This document shows, piece after piece, positions 1 through 12,100 of a stretch of 64,000 bases of DNA. Numbering within the stretch: the first letter of the stretch is position 1; the number at the start of each line of letters is the position of its first letter. Under the pieces are notes generated by a model. It was given only the letters and a program-made list of their open reading frames with translations. It did no database searches and had not been told where the DNA came from. The DNA lies in NCBI RefSeq assembly GCF_009914755.1, contig NC_060925.1; one strand, given 5' to 3'. The position numbers and the translations under genes are program-made. The stretch comes from the human T2T-CHM13v2.0 reference genome, Homo sapiens.

Positions 1-290
1 AGTAACTTCCTTGTGTTGTGTGTATTCAACTCACAGAGTTGAAGGATCCTTTACAGAGAGCAGGCTTGAAACACTCTTTTTGTCGAATTTGCAAGTGGAG
101 ATTTCAGCCGCTTTGAGGTCAATGGTAGAATAGGAAATATCTTCTTATAGAAACTAGACAGAATGATTCTCATAAACTCCTTTGTGATGTGTGCGTTCAA
201 CTCACAGAGTTTAACCTTTCTTTTCATAGAGCAGTTAGGAAACACTCTGTTTGTAAAGTCTGCAAGTGGATATTCAGACCTCCTTGAGGC

Positions 291-307
291 CTTCGTTGGA
301 AACGGGA
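291..307 (+). other. CENP-B box (first copy; recurs once per ~340 bp across the window)
   Basis: CTTCGTTGGAAACGGGA matches the 17-bp consensus YTTCGTTGGAARCGGGA exactly. Further copies at 631, 1311, 1651 and onward. Confidence 0.97.
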
Positions 308-332
308 TTTCTTCATATTCTGCTAGACAGAA

Positions 333-338
333 GAATTC
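333..338. other. EcoRI site defining the classical 340-bp alphoid EcoRI dimer (representative copy)
   Basis: GAATTC at the end of most dimers; changed to TAATTC at the end of type-H dimers (e.g. GAATAATTCT at 2031). Confidence 0.9.
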
Positions 339-459
339 TCAGTAACTTCCTTGTGTTGTGTTTATTCAACTCACAGAGTTGAATGATCCTTTACACAGAG
401 CAGACTTGAAACACTCTTTTTGTGGAATTTGCAAGTGGAGATTTCAGCCGCTTTGAGGT

Positions 460-480
460 CAATGGTAGAAAAGTAAATAT
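460..480 (+). other. A-box / pJalpha-type site of the CENP-B-box-less monomer (representative copy)
   Basis: CAATGGTAGAAAAG(G/T)AAATAT lies at the position homologous to the CENP-B box in the alternate monomer, as expected for A/B monomer alternation. Confidence 0.6.
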
Positions 481-3401
481 CTTCGTAGAAAGACTAGACA
501 GAATGATTCTCAGAAACTCCTTAGTGATGTGTGCGTTCAACTCACAGAGTTTAACCTTTCTGTTCATAGAGCAGTTAGGAAACACTCTGTTTGTAAAGTC
601 TGCAAGTGGATATTCAGACCCCTTTGAGGCCTTCGTTGGAAACGGGATTTCTTCATATTATGCTAGACAGAAGAATTCTCAGTAACTTCCTTGTGTTGTG
701 TGTATTCAACTGACAGAGTTGAACTTTCATTTAGAGAGAGCAGATTTGAAACACTGTTTTTGTGGAATTTGCAAGTGGAGATTTCAAGCGCTTTGGGGCC
801 AAAGGCAGAAAAGGAAATATCTTCGTATAAAAACTAGACAGAATCATTCTCAGAAACTGCTGCGTGATGTGTGCGTTCAACTCTCAGAGTTTAACTTTTC
901 TTTTCATTCAGCGGTTTGGAAACACTCTGTTTGTAAAGTCTGCACGTGGATATTTTGACCACTTAGAGGCCTTCGTTGGAAAAGGGTTTTTTTCATGTAA
1001 GGCTAGACAGAAGAATTCCCAGTAACTTCCTTGTGTTGTGCGCATTCAACTCACAGAGTTGAACGTTCCCTTAGACAGAGCAGATTTGAAACAGCCTATT
1101 TGTGCAATTTGCAAGTGTACATTTCAAGCGCTTTAAGGTCAACGGCAGAAAAGGAAATATCTTCCTTTCAAAACTAGACAGAATCATTCCCACAAACTGC
1201 GTTGTGATGTGTTCGTTCAACTCACAGAGTTTAACCTTTCTGTTCATAGAGCAGTTAGGAAACACTCTGTTTGTAAAGTCTGCAAGTGGATATTCAGATC
1301 TCCTTGAGGCCTTCGTTGGAAACGGGATTTCTTCATATTCTGCTAGACAGAAGAATTCTCAGTAACTTCCTTGTGTTGTGTTTATTCAACTCACAGAGTT
1401 GAATGATCCTTTACACAGAGCAGACTTGAAACACTCTTTTTGTGGAATTTGCAAGTGGAGATTTCAGCCGCTTTGAAGTCAATGGTAGAAAAGTAAATAT
1501 CTTCGTATAAAGACTAGACAGAATGATTCTCAGAAACTCCTTTGTGATGTGTGCGTTCAACTCACAGAGTTTAACCTTTCTTTTCATAGAGCAGTTAGGA
1601 AACACTCTGTTTGTAAAGTCTGCAAGTGGATATTCAGACCTCTTTGAGGCCTTCGTTGGAAACGGGATTTCTTCATATTCTGCTAGACAGAAGAATTCTC
1701 AGTAACTTCCTTGTGTTGTGTGTATTCAACTCACAGAGTTGAACGATCCTTTACACAGAGCAGACTTGAAACACTCTTTTTGTGGAATTTGCAAGTGGAG
1801 ATTTCAGCCGCTTTGAGGTCAATGGTAGAAAAGGAAACTATCTTCATATAGAGACTAGACAGAATGATTCTCAGAAAATCTTTTGTGATGTGTGCGTTCA
1901 ACTCACAGAGTTTAACTTTTCTTCTCATAGAGCAGTTAGGAAACACTCTGTTTGTAAAGTCTGCAAGTGGATATTCAGACCTCTTTGAGGCCTTCGTTGG
2001 AAACGGGATTTCTTCATATTATGCTAGACAGAATAATTCTCAGTAACTTCCTTGTGTTGTGTGTATTCAACTCACCGAGTTGAAGGATCCTTTACAGAGA
2101 GCAGGCTTGAAACACTCTTTTTGTGGAATTTGCAAGTGGAGATTTCAGCCGCTTTGAGGTGAATGGTAGAATAGGAAATATCTTCTTATAGAAACTAGAC
2201 AGAATGATTCTCATAAACTCCTTTGTGATGTGTGCGTTCAACTCACAGAGTTTAACCTTTCTTTTCATAGAGCAGTAAGGAAACACTCTGTTTGTAAAGT
2301 CTGCAAGTGGATATTCAGACCTCCTTGAGGCCTTCGTTGGAAACGGGATTTCTTCATATTCTGCTAGACAGAATAATTCTCAGCAACTTCCTTGTGTTGT
2401 GTGTATTCAACTCACAGAGTTGAATGATCCTTTACACAGAGCAGACTTGAAACACTCTTTTTGTGGAATTTGCAAGTGGAGATTTCAGCCGCTTTGAGGT
2501 CAATGGTAGAAAAGGAAATATCTTCGTATAAAGACTAGACAGAATGATTCTCATAAACTCCTTTGTGATGTGTGCGTTCAACTCACAGAGTTTAACTTTT
2601 CTTTTCATAGAGCAGTTAGGAAACACTCTGTTTGTAAAGTCTGCAAGTGGATATTCAGACCTCTTTGAGGCCTTCGTTGGAAACGGGATTTCTTCCTATT
2701 CTGCTAGACAGAAGAATTCTCAGTAACTTCCTTGTGTTGTGTGTATTCAACTCACAGAGTTGAACGATCCTTTACACAGAGCAGACTTGAAACATTCTTT
2801 TTGTGGAATTTGCAAGTGGAGATTTCAGCCGCTTAGAGGTCAATGGTAGAATAGGAAATATCTTCCTATAGAAACTAGACAGAACGATTCTCAGAAACTC
2901 CTTTGTGATGTGTGCGTTCAACTCACAGAGTTTAACCTTTCTTTTCATAGAGCAGTTAGGAAACACTCTGTTTGTAAAGTCTGCAAGTGGATATTCAGAC
3001 CTCTTTGAGGCCTTCGTTGGAAACGGGATTTCTTCCTATTCTGCTAGACAGAAGAATTCTCAGTAACTTCCTTGTGTTGTGTGTATTCAACTCACAGAGT
3101 TGGACGATCCTTTACACAGAGCAGACTTGAAACACTCTTTTTGTGGAATTTGCAAGTGGAGGTTTCAGCCGCTTTGAGGTCAGTAGTAGAAAAGGAAATA
3201 TCTTCGTAGAAAAACTAGACAGAATGATTCTCAGAAACTCCTTTGTGATGTGTGTGTTCAACTCACAGAGTTTAACCTTTCTTTTCATAGAGCAGTTAGT
3301 AAACACTCTGTTTATAAAGTCTGCAAGTGGATATTCAGACCCCTTTGAGGCCTTCGTTGGAAACGGGATTTCTTCATATTATGCTAGACAGAAGAATTCT
3401 C

Positions 3402-4080
3402 AGTAACTTCCTTGTGTTGTGTGTATTCAACTGACAGAGTTGAACTTTCATTTAGAGAGAGCAGATTTGAAACACTGTTTTTGTGGAATTTGCAAGTGGA
3501 GATTTCAAGCGCTTTGGGGCCAAAGGCAGAAAAGGAAATATCTTCGTATAAAAACTAGACAGAATCATTCTCAGAAACTGCTGCGTGATGTGTGCGTTCA
3601 ACTCTCAGAGTTTAACTTTTCTTTTCATTCAGCGGTTTGGAAACACTCTGTTTGTAAAGTCTGCACGTGGATATTTTGACCCCTTAGAGGCCTTCGTTGG
3701 AAACGGGTTTTTTTCATGTAAGGCTAGACAGAAGAATTCCCAGTAACTTCCTTGTGTTGTGTGAATTCAACTCACAGAGTTGAACGTTCCCTTAGACAGA
3801 GCAGATTTGAAACACTCTATTTGTGCAATTTGCAAGTGTAGATTTCAAGCGCTTTAAGGTCAACGCCAGAAAAGGAAATATCTTCATTTCAAAACTAGAC
3901 AGAATCATTCCCACAAACTGCGTTGTGATGTGTTCGTTCAACTCACAGAGTTTAACCTTTCTGTTCATAGAGGAGTTAGGAAACACTCTGTTTGTAAAGT
4001 CTGTATGTGGATATTCTGACATCTTGTGGCCTTCGTTGGAAACGGGATTTCTTTATATTCTGCTAGACAGAAGAATTCTC
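3402..4080 (+). repeat. Divergent F-G four-monomer core of the HOR (representative; 30 full F dimers plus 1 hybrid in the window, each followed by G or a G hybrid)
   Basis: F and G carry many private substitutions relative to the near-identical A-E/H dimers (CAAGCGCTTTGGGGCCAAAGGCAG, CTGCTGCGTG, CACGTGG; TGTGCAATT, CCCACAAACTGCG, GACATCTTGTGGCC). Confidence 0.9.
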
Positions 4081-7000
4081 AGTAACTTCCTTGTGTTGTG
4101 TGTATTCAACTCACAGAGTTGAACGATCCTTTACACAGAGCAGACTTGAAACACTCTTTTTGTGGAATTTGCAAGTGGAGATTTCAGCCGCTTTGAGGTC
4201 AATGGTAGAAAAGGAAACTATCTTCATATAAAGACTAGACAGAATGATTCTCAGAAAATCTTTTGTGATGTGTGCGTTCAACTCACAGAGTTTAACTTTT
4301 CTTCTCATAGAGCAGTTAGGAAACACTCTGTTTGTAAAGTCTGCAAGTGGATATTCAGACCTCTTTGAGGCCTTCGTTGGAAACGGGATTTCTTCATATT
4401 ATGCTAGACAGAATAATTCTCAGTAACTTCCTTGTGTTGTGTGTATTCAACTCACAGAGTTGAAGGATCCTTTACAGAGAGCAGGCTTGAAACACTCTTT
4501 TTGTCGAATTTGCAAGTGGAGATTTCAGCCGCTTTGAGGTCAATGGTAGAATAGGAAATATCTTCTTATAGAAACTAGACAGAATGATTCTCATAAACTC
4601 CTTTGTGATGTGTGCGTTCAACTCACAGAGTTTAACCTTTCTTTTCATAGAGCAGTTAGGAAACACTCTGTTTGTAAAGTCTGCAAGTGGATATTCAGAC
4701 CTCCTTGAGGCCTTCGTTGGAAACGGGATTTCTTCATATTCTGCTAGACAGAAGAATTCTCAGTAACTTCCTTGTGTTGTGTTTATGCAACTCACAGAGT
4801 TGAATGATCCTTTACACAGAGCAGACTTGAAACACTCTTTTTGTGGAATTTGCAAGGGGAGATTTCAGCCGCTTTGAGGTCAATGGTAGAAAAGTAAATA
4901 TCTTCGTATAAAGACTAGACAGAATGATTCTCAGAAACTCCTTAGTGATGTGTGCGTTCAACTCACAGAGTTTAACCTTTCTGTTCATAGAGCAGTTAGG
5001 AAACACTCTGTTTGTAAAGTCTGCAAGTGGATATTCAGACCCCTTTGAGGCCTTCGTTGGAAACGGGATTTCTTCATATTATGCTAGACAGAAGAATTCT
5101 CAGTAACTTCCTTGTGTTGTGTGTATTCAACTGACAGAGTTGAACTTTCATTTAGAGAGAGCAGATTTGAAACACTGTTTTTGTGGAATTTGCAAGTGGA
5201 GATTTCAAGCGCTTTGGGGCCAAAGGCAGAAAGGGAAATATCTTCGTATAAAAACTAGACAGAATCATTCTCAGAAACTGCTGCGTGATGTGTGCGTTCA
5301 ACTCTCAGAGTTTGACTTTTCTTTTCATTCAGCGGTTTGGAAACACTCTGTTTGTAAAGTCTGCACGTGGATATTTTGACCACTTAGAGACCTTCGTTGG
5401 AAACGGGTTTTTTTCATGTAAGGCTAGACAGAAGAATTCCCAGTAACTTCCTTGTGTTGTGCGCATTCAACTCACAGAGTTGAACGTTCCCTTAGACAGA
5501 GCAGATTTGAAACAGCCTATTTGTGCAATTTGCAAGTGTACATTTCAAGCGCTTTAAGGTCAACGGCAGAAAAGGAAATATCTTCCTTTCAAAACTAGAC
5601 AGAATCATTCCCACAAACTGCGTTGTGATGTGTTCGTTCAACTCACAGAGTTTAACCTTTCTGTTCATAGAGCAGTTAGGAAACACTCTGTTTGTAAAGT
5701 CTGCAAGTGGATATTCAGACCTCCTTGAGGCCTTCGTTGGAAACGGGATTTCATCATATTATGCTAGACAGAATAATTCTCAGTAACTTCCTTGTGTTGT
5801 GTGTATTCAACTCACCGAGTTGAAGGATCCTTTACAGAGAGCAGGCTTGAAACACTCTTTTTGTCGAATTTGCAAGTGGAGATTTCAGCCGCTTTGAGGT
5901 GAATGGTAGAATAGGAAATATCTTCTTATAGAAACTAGACAGAATGATTCTCATAAACTCCTTTGTGATGTGTGCGTTCAACTCACAGAGTTTAACCTTT
6001 CTTTTCATAGAGCAGTAAGGAAACACTCTGTTTGTAAAGTCTGCAAGTGGATATTCAGACCTCCTTGAGGCCTTCGTTGGAAACGGGATTTCTTCCTATT
6101 CTGCTAGACAGAAGAATTCTCAGTAACTTCCTTGTGTTGTGTGTATTCAACTCACAGAGTTGGACGATCCTTTACACAGAGCAGACTTGAAACACTCTTT
6201 TTGTGGAATTTGCAAGTGGAGATTTCAGCCGCTTTGAGGTCAATAGTAGAAAAGGATATATCTTCGTAGAAAAACTAGACAGAATGATTCTCAGAAACTC
6301 CTTTGTGATGTGTGTGTTCAACTCACAGAGTTTAACCTTTCTTTTCATAGAGCAGTTAGTAAACACTCTGTTTATAAAGTCTGCAAGTGGATATTCAGAC
6401 CCCTTTGAGGCCTTCGTTGGAAACGGGATTTCTTCATATTATGCTAGACAGAAGAATTCTCAGTAACTTCCTTGTGTTGTGTGTATTCAACTGACAGAGT
6501 TGAACTTTCATTTAGAGAGAGCAGATTTGAAACACTGTTTTTGTGGAATTTGCAAGTGGAGATTTCAAGCGCTTTGGGGCCAAAGGCAGAAAAGGAAATA
6601 TCTTCGTATAAAAACTAGACAGAATCATTCTCAGAAACTGCTGCGTGATGTGTGCGTTCAACTCTCAGAGTTTAACTTTTCTTTTCATTCAGCGGTTTGG
6701 AAACACTCTGTTTGTAAAGTCTGCACGTGGATATTTTGACCACTTAGAGGCCTTCGTTGGAAACGGGTTTTTTTCATGTAAGGCTAGACAGAAGAATTCC
6801 CAGTAACTTCCTTGTGTTGTGTGCATTCAACTCACAGAGTTGAGCGTTCCCTTCGACAGAGCAGATTTGAAACACTCTATTTGTGCAATTTGCAAGTGTA
6901 GATTTCAAGCGCTTTAAGGTCAACGGCAGAAAAGGAAATATCTTCGTTTCAAAACTAGACAGAATCATTCCCACAAACTGCGTTGTGACGTGTTCGTTCA

Positions 7001-9181
7001 ACTCACAGAGTTTAACCTTTCTGTTCATAGAGGAGTTAGGAAACACTCTGTTTGTAAAGTCTGTAAGTGGATATTCTGACATCTTGTGGCCTTCGTTGGA
7101 AACGGGATTTCTTTATATTCTGCTAGACAGAAGAATTCTCAGTAACTTCCTTGTGTTGTGTGTATTCAACTCACAGAGTTGAACGATCCTTTACACAGAG
7201 CAGACTTGAAACACTCTTTTTGTGGAATTTGCAAGTGGAGATTTCAGCCGCTTTGAGGTCAATGGTAGAAAAGGAAACTATCTTCATATAAAGACTAGAC
7301 AGAATGATTCTCAGAAAATCTTTTGTGATGTGTGCGTTCAACTCACAGAGTTTAACTTTTCTTCTCATAGAGCAGTTAGGAAACACTCTGTTTGTAAAGT
7401 CTGCAAGTGGATATTCAGACCTCTTTGAGGCCTTCGTTGGAAACGGGATTTCTTCATATTATGCTAGACAGAATAATTCTCAGTAACTTCCTCGTGTTGT
7501 GTGTATTCAACTCACAGAGTTGAAGGATCCTTTACAGAGAGCAGGCTTGAAACACTCTTTTTGTCGAATTTGCAAGTGGAGATTTCAGCCGCTTTGAGGT
7601 CAATGGTAGAATAGGAAATATCTTCTTATAGAAACTAGACAGAATGATTCTCATAAACTCCTTTGTGATGTGTGCGTTCAACTCACAGAGTTTAACCTTT
7701 CTTTTCATAGAGCAGTTAGGAAACACTCTGTTTGTAAAGTCTGCAAGTGGATATTCAGACCTCCTTGAGGCCTTCGTTGGAAACGGGATTTCTTCATATT
7801 CTGCTAGACAGAAGAATTCTCAGTAACTTCCTTGTGTTGTGTTTATTCAACTCACAGAGTTGAATGATCCTTTACACAGAGCAGACTTGAAACACTCTTT
7901 TTGTGGAATTTGCAAGTGGAGATTTCAGCCGCTTTGAGGTCAATGGTAGAAAAGTAAATATCTTCGTATAAAGACTAGACAGAATGATTCTCATAAACTC
8001 CTTAGTGATGTGTGCGTTCAACTCACAGAGTTTAACCTTTCTGTTCATAGAGCAATTAGGAAACACTCTGTTTGTAAAGTCTGCAAGTGGATATTCAGAC
8101 CCCTTTGAGGCCTTCGTTGGAAACGGGATTTCTTCATATTATGCTAGACAGAAGAATTCTCAGTAACTTCCTTGTGTTGTGTGTATTCAACTGACAGAGT
8201 TGAACTTTCTTTTAGCGAGAGCAGATTTGAAACACTGTTTTTGTGGAATTTTCAACTGGAGATTTCAAGCGCTTTGGGGCCAAAGACAGAAAAGGAAATA
8301 TCTTCGTATAAAAACTAGACAGAATCATTCTCAGAAACTGCTGCGTGATGTGTGCGTTCAACTCTCAGAGTTTAACTTTTCTTTTCATTCAGCGGTTTGG
8401 AAACACTCTGTTTGTAAAGTCTGCACGTGGATATTTTGACCACTTAGTGGCCTTCGTTGGAAACGGGTTTTTTTCATGTAAGGCTAGACAGAAGAATTCC
8501 CAGTAACTTCCTTGTGTTGTGTGCATTCAACTCACAGAGTTGAACGTTCCCTTAGACAGAGCAGATTTGAAACACTCTATTTGTGCAATTTGCAAGTGTA
8601 GATTTCAAGCGCTTTAAGGTCAACGGCAGAAAAGGAAATATCTTCGTTTCAAAACTAGACAGAATCATTCCCACAAACTGCGTTGTGATGTGTTCGTTCA
8701 ACTCACAGAGTTTAACCTTTCTGTTCATAGAGCAGTTAGGAAACACTCTGTTTGTAAAGTCTGTAAGTGGATATTCTGACATCTTGTGGCCTTCGTTGGA
8801 AACGGGATTTCTTCATATTCTGCTAGACAGAAGAATTCTCAGTAACTTCCTTGTGTTGTGTGTATTCAACTCACAGAGTTGAACGATCCTTTACACAGAG
8901 CAGACTTGAAACACTCTTTTTGTGGAATTTGCAAGTGGAGATTTCAGCCGCTTTGAGGTCAATGGTAGAAAAGGAAACTATCTTCATATAAAGACTAGAC
9001 AGAATGATTCTCAGAAAATCTTTTGTGATGTGTGCGTTCAACTCACAGAGTTTAACTTTTCTTCTCATAGAGCAGTTAGGAAACACTCTGTTTGTAAAGT
9101 CTGCAAGTGGATATTCAGACCTCTTTGAGGCCTTCGTTGGAAACGGGATTTCTTCATATTATGCTAGACAGAATAATTCTC

Positions 9182-12100
9182 AGTAACTTCCTCGTGTTGT
9201 GTGTATTCAACTCACAGAGTTGAAGGATCCTTTACAGAGAGCAGGCTTGAAACACTCTTTTTGTCGAATTTGCAAGTGGAGATTTCAGCCGCTTTGAGGT
9301 CAATGGTAGAATAGGAAATATCTTCTTATAGAAACTAGACAGAATGATTCTCATAAACTCCTTTGTGATGTGTGCGTTCAACTCACAGAGTTTAACCTTT
9401 CTTTTCATAGAGCAGTTAGGAAACACTCTGTTTGTAAAGTCTGCAAGTGGATATTCAGACCTCCTTGAGGCCTTCGTTGGAAACGGGATTTCTTCATATT
9501 CTGCTAGACAGAAGAATTCTCAGTAACTTCCTTGTGTTGTGTTTATTCAACTCACAGAGTTGAATGATCCTTTACACAGAGCAGACTTGAAACACTCTTT
9601 TTGTGGAATTTGCAAGTGGAGATTTCAGCCGCTTTGAAGTCAATGGTAGAAAAGTAAATATCTTCGTATAAAGACTAGACAGAATGATTCTCAGAAACTC
9701 CTTTGTGATGTGTGCGTTCAACTCACAGAGTTTAACCTTTCTGTTCATAGAGCAGTTAGGAAACACTCTGTTTGTAAAGTCTGCAAGTGGATATTCAGAC
9801 CTCCTTTAGGCCATCGTTGGAAACGGGATTTCTTCATATTCTGCTAGACAGAAGAATTCTCAGTAACTTCCTTGTGTTGTGTGTATTCAACTCACAGAGT
9901 TGAACGATCCTTTACACAGAGCAGACTTGAAACACTCTTTTTGTGGAATTTGCAAGTGGAGATTTCAGCCGCTTTGAGGTCAATGGTAGAAAAGGAAATA
10001 TCTTCGTATAAAGACTAGACAGAATGATCCTCAGAAACTCCTTTGTGATGTGTGCGTTCAACTCACAGAGTTTAACTTTTCTTTTCATAGAGCCGTTAGG
10101 AAACACTCTGTTTGTAAAGTCTGCAAGTGGATATTCAGACCTCTTTGAGGCCTTCGTTGGAAACGGGATTTCTTCATATTATGCTAGACAGAAGAATTCT
10201 CAGTAACTTCCTTGTGTTGTGTGTATTCAACTCACAGAGTTGAACGATCCTTTACACAGAGCAGACTTGAAACATTCTTTTTGTGGAATTTGCAAGTGGA
10301 GATTTCAGCCGCTTTGAGGTCAATGGTAGAATAGGAAATATCTTCCTATAGAAACTAGACAGAACGATTCTCAGAAACTCCTTTGTGATGTGTGCGTTCA
10401 ACTCACAGAGTTTAACCTTTCTTTTCATAGAGCAGTTAGGAAACACTCTGTTTGTAAAGTCTGCAAGTGGATATTCAGACCTCTTTGAGGCCTTCGTTGG
10501 AAACGGGATTTCTTCATATTCTGCTAGACAGAAGAATTCTCAGTAACTTCCTTGTGTTGTGTGTATTCAACTCACAGAGTTGAACGATCCTTTACACAGA
10601 GCAGACTTGAAACACTCTTTTTGTGGAATATGCAAGTGGAGATTTCAGCCGCTTTCAGGTCAATAGTAGAAAAGGAAATATCTTCGTAGAAAAACTAGAC
10701 AGAATGGTTCTCAGAAACTCCTTTGTGATGTGTGTGTTCAACTCACAGAGTTTAACCTTTCTTTTCATAGAACACTTAGTAAACACTCTGTTTATAAAGT
10801 CTGCAAGTGGATATTCAGACCCCTTTGAGGCCTTCGTTGGAAACGGGATTTCTTCATATTATGCTAGACAGAAGAATTCTCAGTAACTTCCTTGTGTTGT
10901 GTGTATTCAACTGACAGAGTTGAACTTTCATTTAGAGAGAGCAGATTTGAAACACTGTTTTTGTGGAATTTGCAAGTGGAGATTTCAAGCGCTTTGGGGC
11001 CAAAGGCAGAAAAGGAAATATCTTCGTATAAAAACTAGACAGAATCATTCTCAGAAACTGCTGCGTGATGTGTGCGTTCAACTCTCAGAGTTTAACTTTT
11101 CTTTTCATTCAGCTGTTTGGAAACACTCTGTTTGTAAAGTCTGCACGTGGAAATTTTGACCACTTAGAGGCCTTCGTTGGAAACGGGATTTTTTCATGTA
11201 AGGCTAGACAGAAGAATTCCCAGTAACTTCCTTGTGTTGTGTGCATTCAACTCACAGAGTTGAACGTTCCCTTAGACAGAGCAGATTTGAAACACTCTAT
11301 TTGTGCAATTTGCAAGTTTAGTTTTCAAGCTCTTTAAGGTCAACGGCAGAAAAGGAAATATCTTCGTTTCAAAACTAGACAGAATCATTCCCACAAACTG
11401 CGTTGTGATGTGTTCGTTCAACTCACAGAGTTTAACCTTTCTGTTCATAGAGCAGTTAGGAAACACTCTGTTTGTAAAGTCTGTAAGTGGATATTCTGAC
11501 ATCTTGTGGCCTTCGTTGGAAACGGGATTTCTTCATATTCTGCTAGACAGAAGAATTCTCAGTAACTTCCTTGTGTTGTGTGTATTCAACTCACAGAGTT
11601 GAACGATCCTTTACACAGAGCAGACTTGAAACACTCTTTTTGTGGAATTTGCAAGTGGAGATTTCAGCCGCTTTGAGGTCAATGGTAGAAAAGGAAACTA
11701 TCTTCATATAAAGACTAGACAGAATGATTCTCAGAAAATCTTTTGTGATGTGTGCGTTCAACTCACAGAGTTTAACTTTTCTTCTCATAGAGCAGTTAGG
11801 AAACACTCTGTTTGTAAAGTCTGCAAGTGGATATTAGACCTCTTTGAGGCCTTCGTTGGAAACGGGATTTCTTCATATTATGCTAGACAGAATAATTCTC
11901 AGAAACTTCCTTGTGTTGTGTGTATTCAACTCACAGAGTTGAAGGATCCTTTACAGAGAGCAGGCTTGAAACACTCTTTTTGTCGAATTTGCAAGTGGAG
12001 ATTTCAGCCGCTTTGAGGTCAATGGTAGAATAGGAAATATCTTCTTATAGAAACTAGAGAGAATGATTCTCATAAACTCCTTTGTGATGTGTGCGTTCAA

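Larger units (their letters stand above)
1..7481 (+). repeat. Tandem duplication: 4,421-bp unit (1-4421) followed by an internally deleted 3,060-bp copy (4422-7481)
   Basis: Private variants shared at offsets 4421, 3740 and 3060: TTAGTGATG, CGCATTC/ACAGCCTAT, CTCACCGAG/GGTGAATGG, TGGACGATCC, AGGAGTTAGG. Confidence 0.8.

Noticed and set aside
943-948. E-box CACGTG once per F dimer
   Set aside because: It is a single A>C change from CAAGTG amplified with the repeat; a 6-mer match with no supporting evidence of function.
11642-12016. Longest ORF (124 aa)
   Set aside because: It arises from a 1-bp deletion near 11835 (ATATTAGACC) that fuses two spurious repeat frames.
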